Shown here one piece after another: positions 1-11,300 of a stretch of 64,000 bases of DNA. The position numbers and the translations under genes are program-made. The notes below the pieces were generated by a model. The model had not been told where the DNA came from. It saw nothing but the letters and a program-made list of their open reading frames with translations, and did no database searches. The DNA comes from Eledone cirrhosa (lineage: Eukaryota), in assembly GCA_964016885.1 (NCBI GenBank), contig OZ024743.1, positions 142,910,001 through 142,974,000 of the forward strand, written 5' to 3'. How positions within the stretch are numbered: the first letter of the stretch is position 1; each line of letters begins with the position of its first letter.

Positions 1-149
1 TTGGTGCTTGGTGCTTGGTGTTTGGTGCTTGGTGCTTGATGCTTGGTGCTTGGTGCTTGGTGTTTGGTGTTTAGTGCTTGGTGCTTGGTATTTGGTGTTT
101 GGTGCTTGGTGCTTGGTGTTTGGTGTTTGGTGCTTGGTGCTTGCTGTTT

Positions 150-3100
150 GGTGTTTGGTGCTTGCTGCTTGGTGTTTGGTGATTGGTGTTTGCTGTTTGG
201 TGTTTGCTGTTTGGTGTTTGCTGTTTCGTGTTTGCTGTTTGGTGTTTGGTGTTTGGTGTTTGCTGTTTGGTGTTTGGTGTTTGCTGTTTGGTGTTTGGTG
301 TCTGGTGTCTGGTGATTGGTGTTTGGTGTTTGGTGTTTGGTGTTTGGTGTTTGGTGCTTGGCGCTTGGTGCTTGGTGTTTTGTGCTTGGTGCTTGGTGCT
401 TGGTGTTTGGTGTTTGTGTTTGCTGTTTGGCGTTTGCTGTTTGGTGTTTGCTGTTTGGTGCTTGGCGCTTGGTGCTTGGTGTTTGGTGCATGGTGCTTGG
501 TGCTTGGTGCTTGGTGTTTGGTGCTTGGTGCTTGGTGTTTGGTGCTTGGGGCTTGGTGCTTGGTGTTTGGTGCTTGGTCTTTGGTGTTTCCTGGTTGGTG
601 TTTGGTGTTTGCTATTTGCTGTTTGGTGTTTGCTGTTTGGTGTTTGGTGTTTAGTGTTTGCTGTTTGGTGTTTGGTGTTTGGTGCTTGGGGCTTGGTGTT
701 TGCTCTTTGGTGCTTGGTGATTGGTTTTTGGTGTTTGGTGCTTGGTGCTTGGTGTATGGTGTTTGGTGCTTGGTGCTTGGTGCTTGGTGCTTGGTGTTTG
801 GTGTTTGGTGCTTGGTGCTTGGTGTTTAGTGTTTGGTGCTTGGTGCTTGGTTCTGGGTGCTTGGTGCTTGGTGTTTGGTGTTTGGTGCTTGGTGCTTGGT
901 GTTTGGAGCTTGGGGCTTGGTGATTGGTGTTTGGTGCTTGGTGCTTGGTGCTTGGTGCTTGGTGTTTGGTGCTTGGTGTTCGGTGCTTGGTGCTTGGTGC
1001 TAGGTGTTTGGTGTTTGGTGTTTGGCGCTTGGTGCTTGGTGTTTGGTGCTTGGTGCTTGGTGTTTGGTGTTTGGTGCTTGGTGCTTGGTGCTTGGTGCTT
1101 GGTGTTTGGTGTTTGGTGCTTGGAGCTTGGTGTTTGGTGTTTGGTGGTTGGTGCTTTGTTCTGGGTGCTTGGTGCTTGGTGTTTGGTGTATGGTGCTGGG
1201 TGCTTGCTGTTTGGTGCTTGGGGCTTGGTGCTTGGTGTTTGGTGCTTGGTGCTTGGTGCTAGGTGTATGGTGTTTGGTGTTTGGCGCTTGGTGCTTGGTG
1301 TTTGGTGATTGGTCCTTGGTGTTTGGTGTTTGGTGCTTGGTGCTTGGTGTTTGGTATTTGGTGCTTGGCGCTTGGTGTTTGGTGTTTGGTCCTTGGCGTT
1401 TGCTGTATGGCGTTTGGGGTTTGGCGTTTGCTTTTTGGCGTTTGCTGTTTGGTGTTTGGTGCTTGGTGTTTGGTGTTTGGTACTTGGTGCTTGGTGTTTG
1501 GTGTTTGGTGCTTGGTGCTTGGTGTTTGGTGTTTGGCGCTTGGCGTTTGCTGTTTGGCGTTTGGGGTTTGGCATTTGCTGTTTGGCGTTTGGGGTTTGGC
1601 GTTTGCTTTTTGGCGTTTGGTGTTTCGTGTTTGGTGTTTGGTGTTTGCTGTTTGGTTTTTGCTGTTTGGTGTTTGCTGTTTGGTGTTTGGTGTTTGGTGT
1701 TTGCTGGTTGGTGTTTGGTGTTTGGTGTTTGCTGTTTGGTGTTTGCTGTTTGGTGCTTGGTGCTTGGTGTTTGGTGCATGGTGCTTGGTGCTTGGTGCTT
1801 GGTGTTTGGTGCTTGGTGCTTGGTGTTTGGTGCTTGGGGCTTGGTGCTTGGTGTTTGGTGCTTGGTCTTTGGTGTTTCCTGGTTGGTGTTTGGTGTTTGC
1901 TGTTTGCTGTTTGGTGTTTGCTGTTTGGTATTTGCTATTTGGTGTTTTGTGTTTGCTGTTTAGTGTTTGGTGTTTAGTGTTTGCTATTTGGTGTTTGGTG
2001 TTTGGTGTTTGGTGCTTGGGGCTTGGTGTTTGCTCTTTGGTGCTTGGTGATTGGTTTTTGGTGTTTGGTGCTTGGTGCTTGGTGTTTGGTGCTTGGTGCT
2101 TGGTGTTTGGTGCTTGGTGCTTGGTGTTTGGTGTTTGGTGCTTGGTGCTTGCTGTTTGGTGATTGGTGCTTGGTGTTTGGTGCTTGGTGCTTGGTGTTTG
2201 GTGCTTGGTGGTTGGTGCTTGGTGTTTGGTGTTTGGCGCTTGGTGCTTGGTGTTTGGTGCTTGGTGCTTGGTGTTTGGTGTTTGGTGCTTGGTGCTTGCT
2301 GTCTGGTGTTTGGTGCTTGGTTCTTGGTGTTTGGTGCTTGGTGCTTGGTGTTTCGTGCTTGGTGCCTGGTGTTTGGTCTTTGGCGCTTGGTGCTTGGTGT
2401 TTGGTGCTTGGTACTTGGTGTTCGGTGTTTGGTGTTTGGTGTTTGGTGCTTGGTGCTTGGTGCTTGGTTTTTGGTGTTTGGTGCTTGGTGCTTGGTGTTT
2501 GGTGTTTGGTGATTGGTGCTTGGTGTTTGGTGCTTGGGATTTGGTGCTTGGTGCTTGGTGTTTGGTGTTTGGAGTTTGGTACTTGGTGCTTGGTGTTTGG
2601 AGTTTGGTGCTTGGTGCTTGGTATTTGGTGTTTAGTGCTTGGTGCTTGGTTCTTGGTGTTTGGTGCTTGGTGCCTGGTGATTGGTGTTTGGTGCTTGGTG
2701 CTTGGTATTTGGGGCTTGGTCTTTGGTGCTTGGTGTTTGGTGCTTGGTGCTTGGTGCTTGGTGTTTGGTGCTTGGTGCTTGGTGCTGGGTGTTTGGTTTT
2801 TAGTGCTTGGTGCTTGGTGATTGGTGTTTGTTGCTTGGTGCTTGGTGTTTGGTGCTTGGTGCTTGGTGTTTGGTGTTTGGTGTTTGGTGTTTGCTGTTTG
2901 GTGTTTGCTGTTTGGTGTCTGCTGTTTGGTGTTTGCTGTTTGGTGTTTGCTGTTTGGTGTTTGGTGTTTGGTGTTTGCTGTTTGGTGTTTGGTGTTTGCT
3001 GTTTGGTGTTTGGTGTCTGGTGTTTGGTGATTGGTGTTTGCTGTTTGGTGTTTGGTGTTTGGTGTTTGGTGCTTGGCGCTTGGTGCTTGGTGTTTTGTGC

Positions 3101-5300
3101 TTGGTGCTTGGTGCTTGCTGTTTGGTGTTTGGTGTTTGTGTTTGCTGTTTGGCGTTTGCTGTCTGGTGTTTGCTGTTTGGTGTTTCCTGGTTGGTGTTTG
3201 GTGTTTGCTATTTGGTGTTTGGTGTTTGCTGTTTGGTGTTTGGTGTTTAGTGTTTGTTGTTTGGTGTTTGGTGTTTGCTGTTTGGTGCTTGGGGCTTGGT
3301 GTTTGCTCTTTGGTGCTTGGTGATTGGATTTTGGTGTTTGGTGCTTGGTGCTTGGTGTATGGTGTTTGGTGCTTGGTGCTTGGTGCTTGGTGCTTGGTGT
3401 TTGGTGTTTGGTGCTTGGTGCTTGGTGTTTGGTGTTTGGTGCTTGGTGCTTGGTTCTGGGTGCATGGTGCTTGGTGTTTGGTGCTTGGTGTTCGGTGCTT
3501 GGTGCTTGGTGCTAGGTGTTTGGTGTTTGGTGTTTGGCGCTTGGTGCTTGGTGTTTGGTGATTGGTGCTTGGTGTTTGGTGTTTGGTGCTTGGTGCTTGG
3601 TGTTTGGTGTTTGGTGCTTGGTGCTTTGTGTTTGGTGTTTGGTGCTTGGTGTTTGGTCCTTGGAGCTTGGTGCTTGGTTTTTGGTGCTTGGTGCTTGGTG
3701 CTTGGTGCTTGGTGTCTGGTGCTTGGTGCTTGGTGTTTGGTGTTTGGTGCTTTGTGCTTGGTGTTTGGTGTTTGGTGTTTGGTGTTTGGTGCTTGGTACT
3801 TGTTGTTTTATGTTTGGTGCTTGGTGCTTGGTGCTTGCTGTTTGGTGTTTGGTGCTTGGTGCTTGGTGTTTGGTGATTGGTGCTTGGTACTTGGTGTTTG
3901 GTGCTCGGTGCTTGGTGCTTGGTGTTTCGTGCTTGGTGCTTGGTGTTTGGTGCTTGGCGCTTGGTGTTTGGTGTTTGGTGATTGGTGCTTGGTGTTTGGT
4001 GCTTGGGATTTGGTGCTTGGTGCTTGGTGTTTGGTGTTTGGAGTTTGGTACTTGGTGCTTGGTGTTTGGTGTTTGGTGCTTGGTGCTTGGTGTTTGGTGT
4101 TTAGTGCTTGGTGCTTGGTTCTTGGTGTTTGGTGCTTGGTCCCTGGTGATTAGTGTTTGGTGCTTGGTGCTTGGTATTTGGAGCTTGGTCTTTGGTGCTT
4201 GGTGTTTGGTGCTTGGTGCTTGGTGCTTGGTGTTTGGTGCTTGGTGCTTGGTGCTAGGTGTTTGGTGTTTAGTGCTTGGTGCTTGGTGATTGGTGCTTGT
4301 TGCTTGGTGCTTGGTGTTTGGTGCTTGGTGCTTGGTGTTTGGAGTTTGGTGTTTGCTGTTTGCTGTTTGGTGTTTGCTGTTTGGTGTTTGCTGTTTGGTG
4401 TTTGGTGTTTGCTGTTTGGTGTTTGGTGTCTGGTGTTTGGTGATTGGTGTTTGCTGTTTGGTGTTTGGTGTTTGGTGTTTGGTGCTTGGCGCTTGGTGCT
4501 TGGTGTTTTGTGCTTGGTGCTTGGTGCTTGGTGTTTGGTGTTTGGTGTTTGTGTTTGCTGTTTGGCGTTTGCTGTTTGGTGTTTGCTGTTTGGTGTTTCC
4601 TGGTTGGTGTTTGGTGTTTGCTATTTGGTGTTTGGTGTTTGCTGTTTGGTGTTTTGTGTTTGGTGTTTGGTGCTTGGGGCTTGGTGTTTGCTCTTTGGTG
4701 CTTGGTGATTGGTTTTTGGTGTTTGGTGCTTGGTGCTTGGTGTATGGTGTTTGGTGCTTGGTGCTTGGTGCTTGGTGCTTGGTGTTTGGTGTTTGGTGCT
4801 TGGTGCTTTGTGTTTGGTGTTTGGTGCTTGGTGCTTGGTTCTGGGTGCTTGGTGCTTGGTGTTTGGTGTTTGGTGCTTGGTGCTTGGTGTTTGGTGCTTG
4901 GGGCTTGGTGATTGGTGTTTGGTGCTTGGTGCTTGGTGCTTGGTGCATGGTGCTTGGTGTTTGGTGCTTGGTGTTCGGTGCTTGGTGCTTGGTGCTAGGT
5001 GTTTGGTGTTTGGTGTTTGGCGCTTGGTGCTTGGTGTATGGTGATTGGTGCTTGGTGTTTGGTGTTTGGTGCTTGGTGCTTGGTGTTTGGTGTTTGGTGC
5101 TTGGTGCTTGGTGCATGGTGCTTCGTGTTTGGTGTTTGGTGCTTGGAGCTTGGTGTTTGGTGTTTGGTGCTTGGTGCTTTGTTCTGGGTGCTTGGTGCTT
5201 GGTGTTTGGTGTATGGTGCTGGGTGCTTGGTGTTTGGTGCTTGGGGCTTGGTGATTGGTGTTTGGTGCTTGGTGCTTGGTGCTTGGTGCTTGGTGCTTGG
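150..5300. repeat. Diverged ~1.3-1.4 kb higher-order repeat units
   Basis: The landmark GGGGCTT GGTGTTT GCTCTTT GGTGCTT GGTGATT recurs with GCTCT at 702, 2032, 3305 and 4690 (spacings 1330, 1273, 1385). Each is preceded by a CCTGGTT and GCTATTT cassette. Confidence 0.75.
1395..1620. repeat. CpG-bearing variant cassette (representative of more than 20 copies in the window)
   Basis: The pattern is GGCGTTT GCTGTTT GGCGTTT GGGGTTT GGCATTT GCTGTTT GGCGTTT GG(G/A)GTTT GGCGTTT GCTTTTT. It also occurs near 5850-6080, 7000-7280, 8615-8840, 9805-10110, 23150-23370, 24550-24825, 26200-26740, 36020-36300, 38890, 40265-40545, 48355, 49545, 55290 and 56670-56950. Confidence 0.9.
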
Positions 5301-8300
5301 TGTTTGGTGCTTGGTGTTTGGTGCTTGGTGCTTGGTGCTAGGTGTTTGGTGTTTGGTGTTTGGTGCTTGGTGCTTGGTGTTTGGTGATTGGTCCTTGGTG
5401 TTTGGTGTTTGGTGCTTGGTGCTTGGTGCTTGGTGCTTGGTGCTTGGTGCTTGGTGCTTGGTGCTTGGTGCTTGGTGTTTGGTGTTTGGTGCTTGCTGCT
5501 AGGTGCTTGGTGTTTGGTGCTTTGGGCTTGGTACTTGGTGTTTGGTGTTTGGTGCTTGGTGCTTGCTGTTTGGTGTTTGGTGCTTGGTGCTTGGTGTTTG
5601 GTGATTGGTGCTTGGTGCTTGGTGTTTAGTGTTTGGTGCTTGTGTTTGGTGCTTGGTGCTTGGTGCTTGGTGCTCGGTGCTTGGTGATTGGTGCTTTGTG
5701 TTTGTTGCTTGGTGCTTGGTGCTTGGTGATTGGTGCTTGGTGTTTGGGCCTGGTGTTTGGTGTTTGGTGCTCGGTGTTTGATGTGTGGTACTTGGTGCTT
5801 GGTGTTTGGTGTTTGGTGCTTGGCGCTTGGTGTTTGGTGTTTGGTCCTTGGCGTTTGCTGTTTGGCGTTTGGAGTTTGGCGTTTGCTTATTGGCGTTTGC
5901 TGTTTGGTGTTTGGTGTTTGGTGTTTGGTGTTTGGTGTTTGGTACTTGGTGCTTGGTGTTTGGTGTTTGGTGCTTGGTGCTTGGTGTTTGGTGTTTGGTG
6001 CTTGGCGCTTGGTGTTTGGTGTTTGGCGCTTGGCGTTTGCTGTTTGGCGTTTGGGGTTTGGCTTTTGCTGTTTGGCGTTTGCTGTTTGGTGTTTGGTGTT
6101 TGGTGTTTGCTGTTTGGTGTTTGCTGTTTGGTGTTTGCTGTTTGGTGTTTGGTGTTTGGTGTTTGCTGGTTGGTGTTTGGTGTTTGGTGTTTGCTGTTTG
6201 GTGTTTGCTGTTTGGTGCTTGGTGCTTGGTGTTTGGTGCATGGTGCTTGGTGCATGGTGCTTGGTGTTTGGTGCTTGGTGCTTGGTGTTTGGTGCTTGGG
6301 GCTTGGTGCTTGGTGTTTGGTGTTTCCTGGTTGGTGTTTCCTGGTTGGTGTTTGGTGTTTGCTGTTTGGTGTTTGGTGTTTGCTGTTTGGTGTTTGCTAT
6401 TTGGTGTTTGGTGTTTGGTGTTTGGTGCTTGGGGCTTGGTGTTTGCTCTTTGGTGCTTGGTGATTGGTTTTTGGTGTTTGGTCCTTGGTGCTTGGTGTAT
6501 GGTGTTTGGTGCTTGGTGCTTGGTGCTTGGTGCTTGGTGTTTGGTGTTTGGTGCTTGGTGCTTGGTGTTTGGTGTTTGGTGCTTGGTGCTTGGTTCTGGG
6601 TGATTGGTGCTTGGTGTTTGGTGTTTGGGGCTTGGTGATTGGTGTTTGGTGCTTGGTGCTTGGTGCTTGGTGCTTGGTGCTTGGTGTTTGGTGCTTGGTG
6701 CTTTGTTCTGGGTGCTTGGTGCTTGGTGTTTAGTGTTTGGTGCTGGGTGCTTGGTGTTTGGTGCTTGGGGCTTGGTGATTGGTGTTTGGTGCTTGGTGCT
6801 TGGTGCTTGGTGCTTGGTGCTTGGTGTTTGGTGCTTGGTGTTTGGTGATTGGTGATTGGTGCTAGGTGTTTGGTGTTTGGTGTTTGGCGCTTGGTGTTTG
6901 GTGTTTGGTGATTGGTGCTTGGTGTTTGGTGTTTGGTGCTTGGTGCTTGGTGCTTGGTGTTTGGCGCTTGGCGCTTGGTGTTTGGTGTTTGGTGCTTGGC
7001 GTTTGCTGTTTGGCGTTTGGGGTTTGGCATTTGCTGTTTGGCGTATGGGGTTTGGCATTTGCTTTTTTGCGTTTGCTGTTTGGTGTTTGGTGCTTGGTAT
7101 TTGGTGTTTGGTACTTGGTGCTTGGTGTTTGGTGTTTGGTGCTTGGTGCTTGGTGTTTGGTGTTTGGTGCTTGGCGCTTGGTGTTTGGTGTTTGGTGCTT
7201 GGCGTTTGCTGTTTGGCGTTTGGGGTTTGGCATTTGCTGTTTGGCGTTTGGAGTTTGGCGTTTGCTTTTTGGCGTTTGCTGTTTGGTGTTTGGTGTTTGC
7301 TGTTTGCTGTTTGGTGTTTGCTGTTTGGTGTTTGCTGTTTGGTGTTTGCTGTTTGGTGCTTGGTGCTTGGTGTTTGGTGCATGGTGCTTGGTGCTTGGTG
7401 CTTGGTGTTTGGTGCTTGGTGCTTGGTGTTTGGTGCTTGGGGCTTGGTGATTGGTGTTTGGTGCTTGGTGTTTGGTGTTTGTTGCTTGGTGCTTGGTGTT
7501 TGGTGTTTGGTGCTTGGTGTTTGCTGTTTGGTGCTTGGTGCTTGGTGTTTGGTGCTTGGTGCTTGGTGCTTGGTGCCTGGTGCTTTGTGTTTGCTGCTTG
7601 GTGGTTGGTGCTTGGTGTTTGGTGCTTGGTGCTTGGAGTTTGGTGTTTGGCGCTTGGTGCTTGGTGTTTGGTGCTTGGTGCTTGGTGTTTGGTGTTTGGT
7701 GCTTGGTGTTTGGTGCTTGGAGCTTGGTGCTTGGTTTTTGGTGCTTGGTGCTTGGTGCTTGGTGCTTGGTGTCTGGTGCTTGGTGCTTGGTGTTTGGTGT
7801 TTGGTGTTTGGTGTTTGGTGCTTGGTGCTTTGTTCTGGGTGCTTGGTGCTTGGTGTTTGGTGTATGGTGCTGGGTGCTTGGTGTTTGGTGCTTGGGGCTT
7901 GGTGATTGGTGTTTGGTGCTTGGTGCTTGGTGCTTGGTGCTTGGTGTTTGGTGCTTGGTGTTTGGTGCTTGGTGCTTGGTGCTAGGTGTTTGGTGTTTGG
8001 TGTTTAGTGCTTGGTGCTTGGTGTTTGGTGATTGGTCCTTGGTGTTTGGTGTTTGGTGTTTGGTGTTTGGTGCTTGGTGCTTGGTGCTTGGTGTTTGGTG
8101 TTTGGTGCTTGGTGGTTGGTGTTTGGTGTTTGGTGCTTGGTGCTTGGTTCTGGGTGCTTGGTGCTTGGTGTTTGGTGTTTGGTGCTTGGTGCTTGGTGTT
8201 TGGTGCTTGGGGCTTGGTGATTGGTGTTTGGTGCTTGGTGCTTGGTGCTTGGTGCTTGGTGCTTGGTGCTTGGTGCTTGGTGTTTGGTGTTTGGTGCTTG

Positions 8301-11300
8301 CTGCTAGGTGCTTGGTGTTTGGTGCTTTGGGCTTGGTACTTGGTGTTTGGTGTTTGGTGCTTGGTGCTTGCTGTTTGGTGTTTGGTGCTTGGTGCTTGGT
8401 GTTTGGTGATTGGTGCTTGGTGCTTGGTGTTTAGTGTTTGGTGCTTGGTGCTTGGTGCTTGGTGCTCGGTGCTTGGTGATTTGTGCTTTGTGTTTGTTGC
8501 TTGGTGCTTGGTGCTTGGTGATTGGTGCTTGGTGTTTGGGCCTGGTGTTTGGTGTTTGGTGCTCGGTGTTTGATGTGTGGTGCTTGGCGCTTGGTGTTTG
8601 GTGTTTGGTCCTTGGCATTTGCTGTTTGGCGTTTGGAGTTTGGCGTTTGCTTTTTGGCGTTTGCTGTTTGGTGTTTGGTGTTTGGTGTTTGGTGTTTGGT
8701 ACTTGGTGCTTGGTGTTTGGTGTTTGGTGCTTGGTGCTTGGTGTTTGGTGTTTGGTGCTTGGCGCTTGGTGTTTGGTGTTTGGCGCTTGGCGTTTGCTGT
8801 TTGGCGTTTGGGGTTTGGCATTTGCTGTTTGGCGTTTGCTGTTTGGTGTTTGGTGTTTGGTGTTTGCTGTTTGGTGTTTGCTGTTTGGTGTTTGCTGTTT
8901 GGTGTTTGGTGTTTGGTGTTTGGTGTTTGGTGTTTGCTGTTTGGTGTTTGCTGTTTGGTGCTTGGTGCTTGGTGTTTGGTGCATGGTGCTTGGTGCATGG
9001 TGCTTGGTGTTTGGTGCTTGGTGCTTGGTGTTTGGTGCTTGGGGCTTGGTGCTTGGTGTTTGGTGTTTCCTGGTTGGTGTTTCCTGGTTGGTGTTTGGTG
9101 TTTGCTGTTTGGTGTTTGGTGTTTGCTGTTTGGTGTTTGCTATTTGGTGTTTTGTGTTTGCTGTTTGGTGTTTGGTGTTTAGTGTTTGCTATTTGGTGTT
9201 TGGTGTTTGGTGTTTGGTGCTTGGGGCTTGGTGTTTGCTCTTTGGTGCTTGGTGATTGGTTTTTGGTGTTTGGTCCTTGGTGCTTGGTGTATGGTGTTTG
9301 GTGCTTGGTGCTTGGTGCTTGGTGCTTGGTGTTTGGTGTTTGGTGCTTGGTGCTTGGTGTTTGGTGTTTGGTGCTTGGTGCTTGGTTCTGGGTGCTTGGT
9401 GCTTGGTGTTTGGTGTTTGGTGCTTGGTGCTTGGTGTTTGGTGCTTGGGGCTTGGTGATTGGTGTTTGGTGCTTGGTGCTTGGTGCTTGGTGCTTGGTGT
9501 TTGGTGCTTGGTGCTTTGTTCTGGGTGCTTGGTGCTTGGTGTTTGGTGTTTGGTGCTGGGTGCTTGGTGTTTGGTGCTTGGGGCTTGGTGATTGGTGTTT
9601 GGTGCTTGGTGCTTGGTGCTTGGTGCTTGGTGCTTGGTGTTTGGTGCTTGGTGTTTGGTGATTGGTGATTGGTGCTAGGTGTTCGGTGTTTGGTGTTTGG
9701 CGCTTGGTGTTTGGTGTTTGGTGATTGGTGCTTGGTGTTTGGTGCTTGGTGCTTGGTGCTTGGTGTTTGGCGCTTGGTGCTTGGTGTTTGGTGTTTGGTG
9801 CTTGGCGTTTGCTGTTTGGCGTTTGGGGTTTGGCATTTGCTGTTTGGCGTATGGGGTTTGGCGTTTGCTTTTTTGCGTTTGCTGTTTGGTGTTTGGTGCT
9901 TGGTGTTTGGTGTTTGGTACTTGGTGCTTGGTGTTTGGTGTTTGGTGCTTGGTGCTTGGTGTTTGGTGTTTGGTGCTTGGTGCTTGGTGCTTGGTGTTTG
10001 GCGCTTGGTGCTTGGTGTTTGGTGTTTGGTGCTTGGCGTTTGCTGTTTGGCGTTTGGGGTTTGGCATTTGCTGTTTGGCGTTTGGAGTTTGGCGTTTGCT
10101 TTTTGGCGTTTGCTGTTTGGTGTTTGGTGTTTGCTGTTTGCTGTTTGGTGTTTGCTGTTTGGTGTTTGCTGTTTGGTGTTTGCTGTTTGGTGCTTGGTGC
10201 TTGGTGTTTGGTGCATGGTGCTTGGTGCTTGGTGCTTGGTGTTTGGTGCTTGGTGCTTGGTGTTTGGTGCTTGGGGCTTGGTGATTGGTGTTTGGTGCTT
10301 GGTGTTTGGTGTTTGTTGCTTGGTGCTTGGTGTTTGGTGTTTGGTGCTTGGTGTTTGCTGTTTGGTGCTTGGTGCTTGGTGTTTGGTGCTTGGTGCTTGG
10401 TGCTTGGTGCCTGGTGCTTTGTGTTTGCTGCTTGGTGGTTGGTGCTTGGTGCTTGGTGCTTGGAGTTTGGTGTTTGGCGCTTGGTGCTTGGTGTTTGGTG
10501 CTTGGTGCTTGGTGTTTGGTGTTTGGTGCTTGGTGTTTGGTGCTTGGAGCTTGGTGCTTGGTTTTTGGTGTTTGGTGTTTGGTGCTTGGTGCTTTGTTCT
10601 GGGTGCTTGGTGCTTGGTGTTTGGTGTATGGTGCTGGGTGCTTGGTGTTTGGTGCTTGGGGCTTGGTGATTGGTGTTTGGTGCTTGGTGCTTGGTGCTTG
10701 GTGCTTGGTGTTTGGTGCTTGGTGTTTGGTGCTTGGTGCTTGGTGCTAGGTGTTTGGTGTTTGGTGTTTGGTGCTTGGTGCTTGGTGTTTGGTGATTGGT
10801 CCTTGGTGTTTGGTGTTTGGTGTTTGGTGTTTGGTGCTTGGTGCTTGGTGCTTGGTGTTTGGTGTTTGGTGCTTGGTGGTTGGTGTTTGGTGTTTGGTGC
10901 TTGGTGCTTGGTTCTGGGTGCTTGGTGCTTGGTGTTTGGTGTTTGGTGCTTGGTGCTTGGTGTTTGGTGCTTGGGGCTTGGTGATTGGTGTTTGGTGCTT
11001 GGTGCTTGGTGCTTGGTGCTTGGTGCTTGGTGCTTGGTGCTTGGTGTTTGGTGTTTGGTGCTTGCTGCTAGGTGCTTGGTGTTTGGTGCTTTGGGCTTGG
11101 TACTTGGTGTTTGGTGTTTGGTGCTTGGTGCTTGCTGTTTGGTGTTTGGTGCTTGGTGCTTGGTGTTTGGTGATTGGTGCTTGGTGCTTGGTGTTTAGTG
11201 TTTGGTGCTTGGTGTTTGGTGCTTGGTGCTTGGTGCTTGGTGCTCGGTGCTTGGTGATTTGTGCTTTGTGTTTGTTGCTTGGTGCTTGGTGCTTGGTGAT

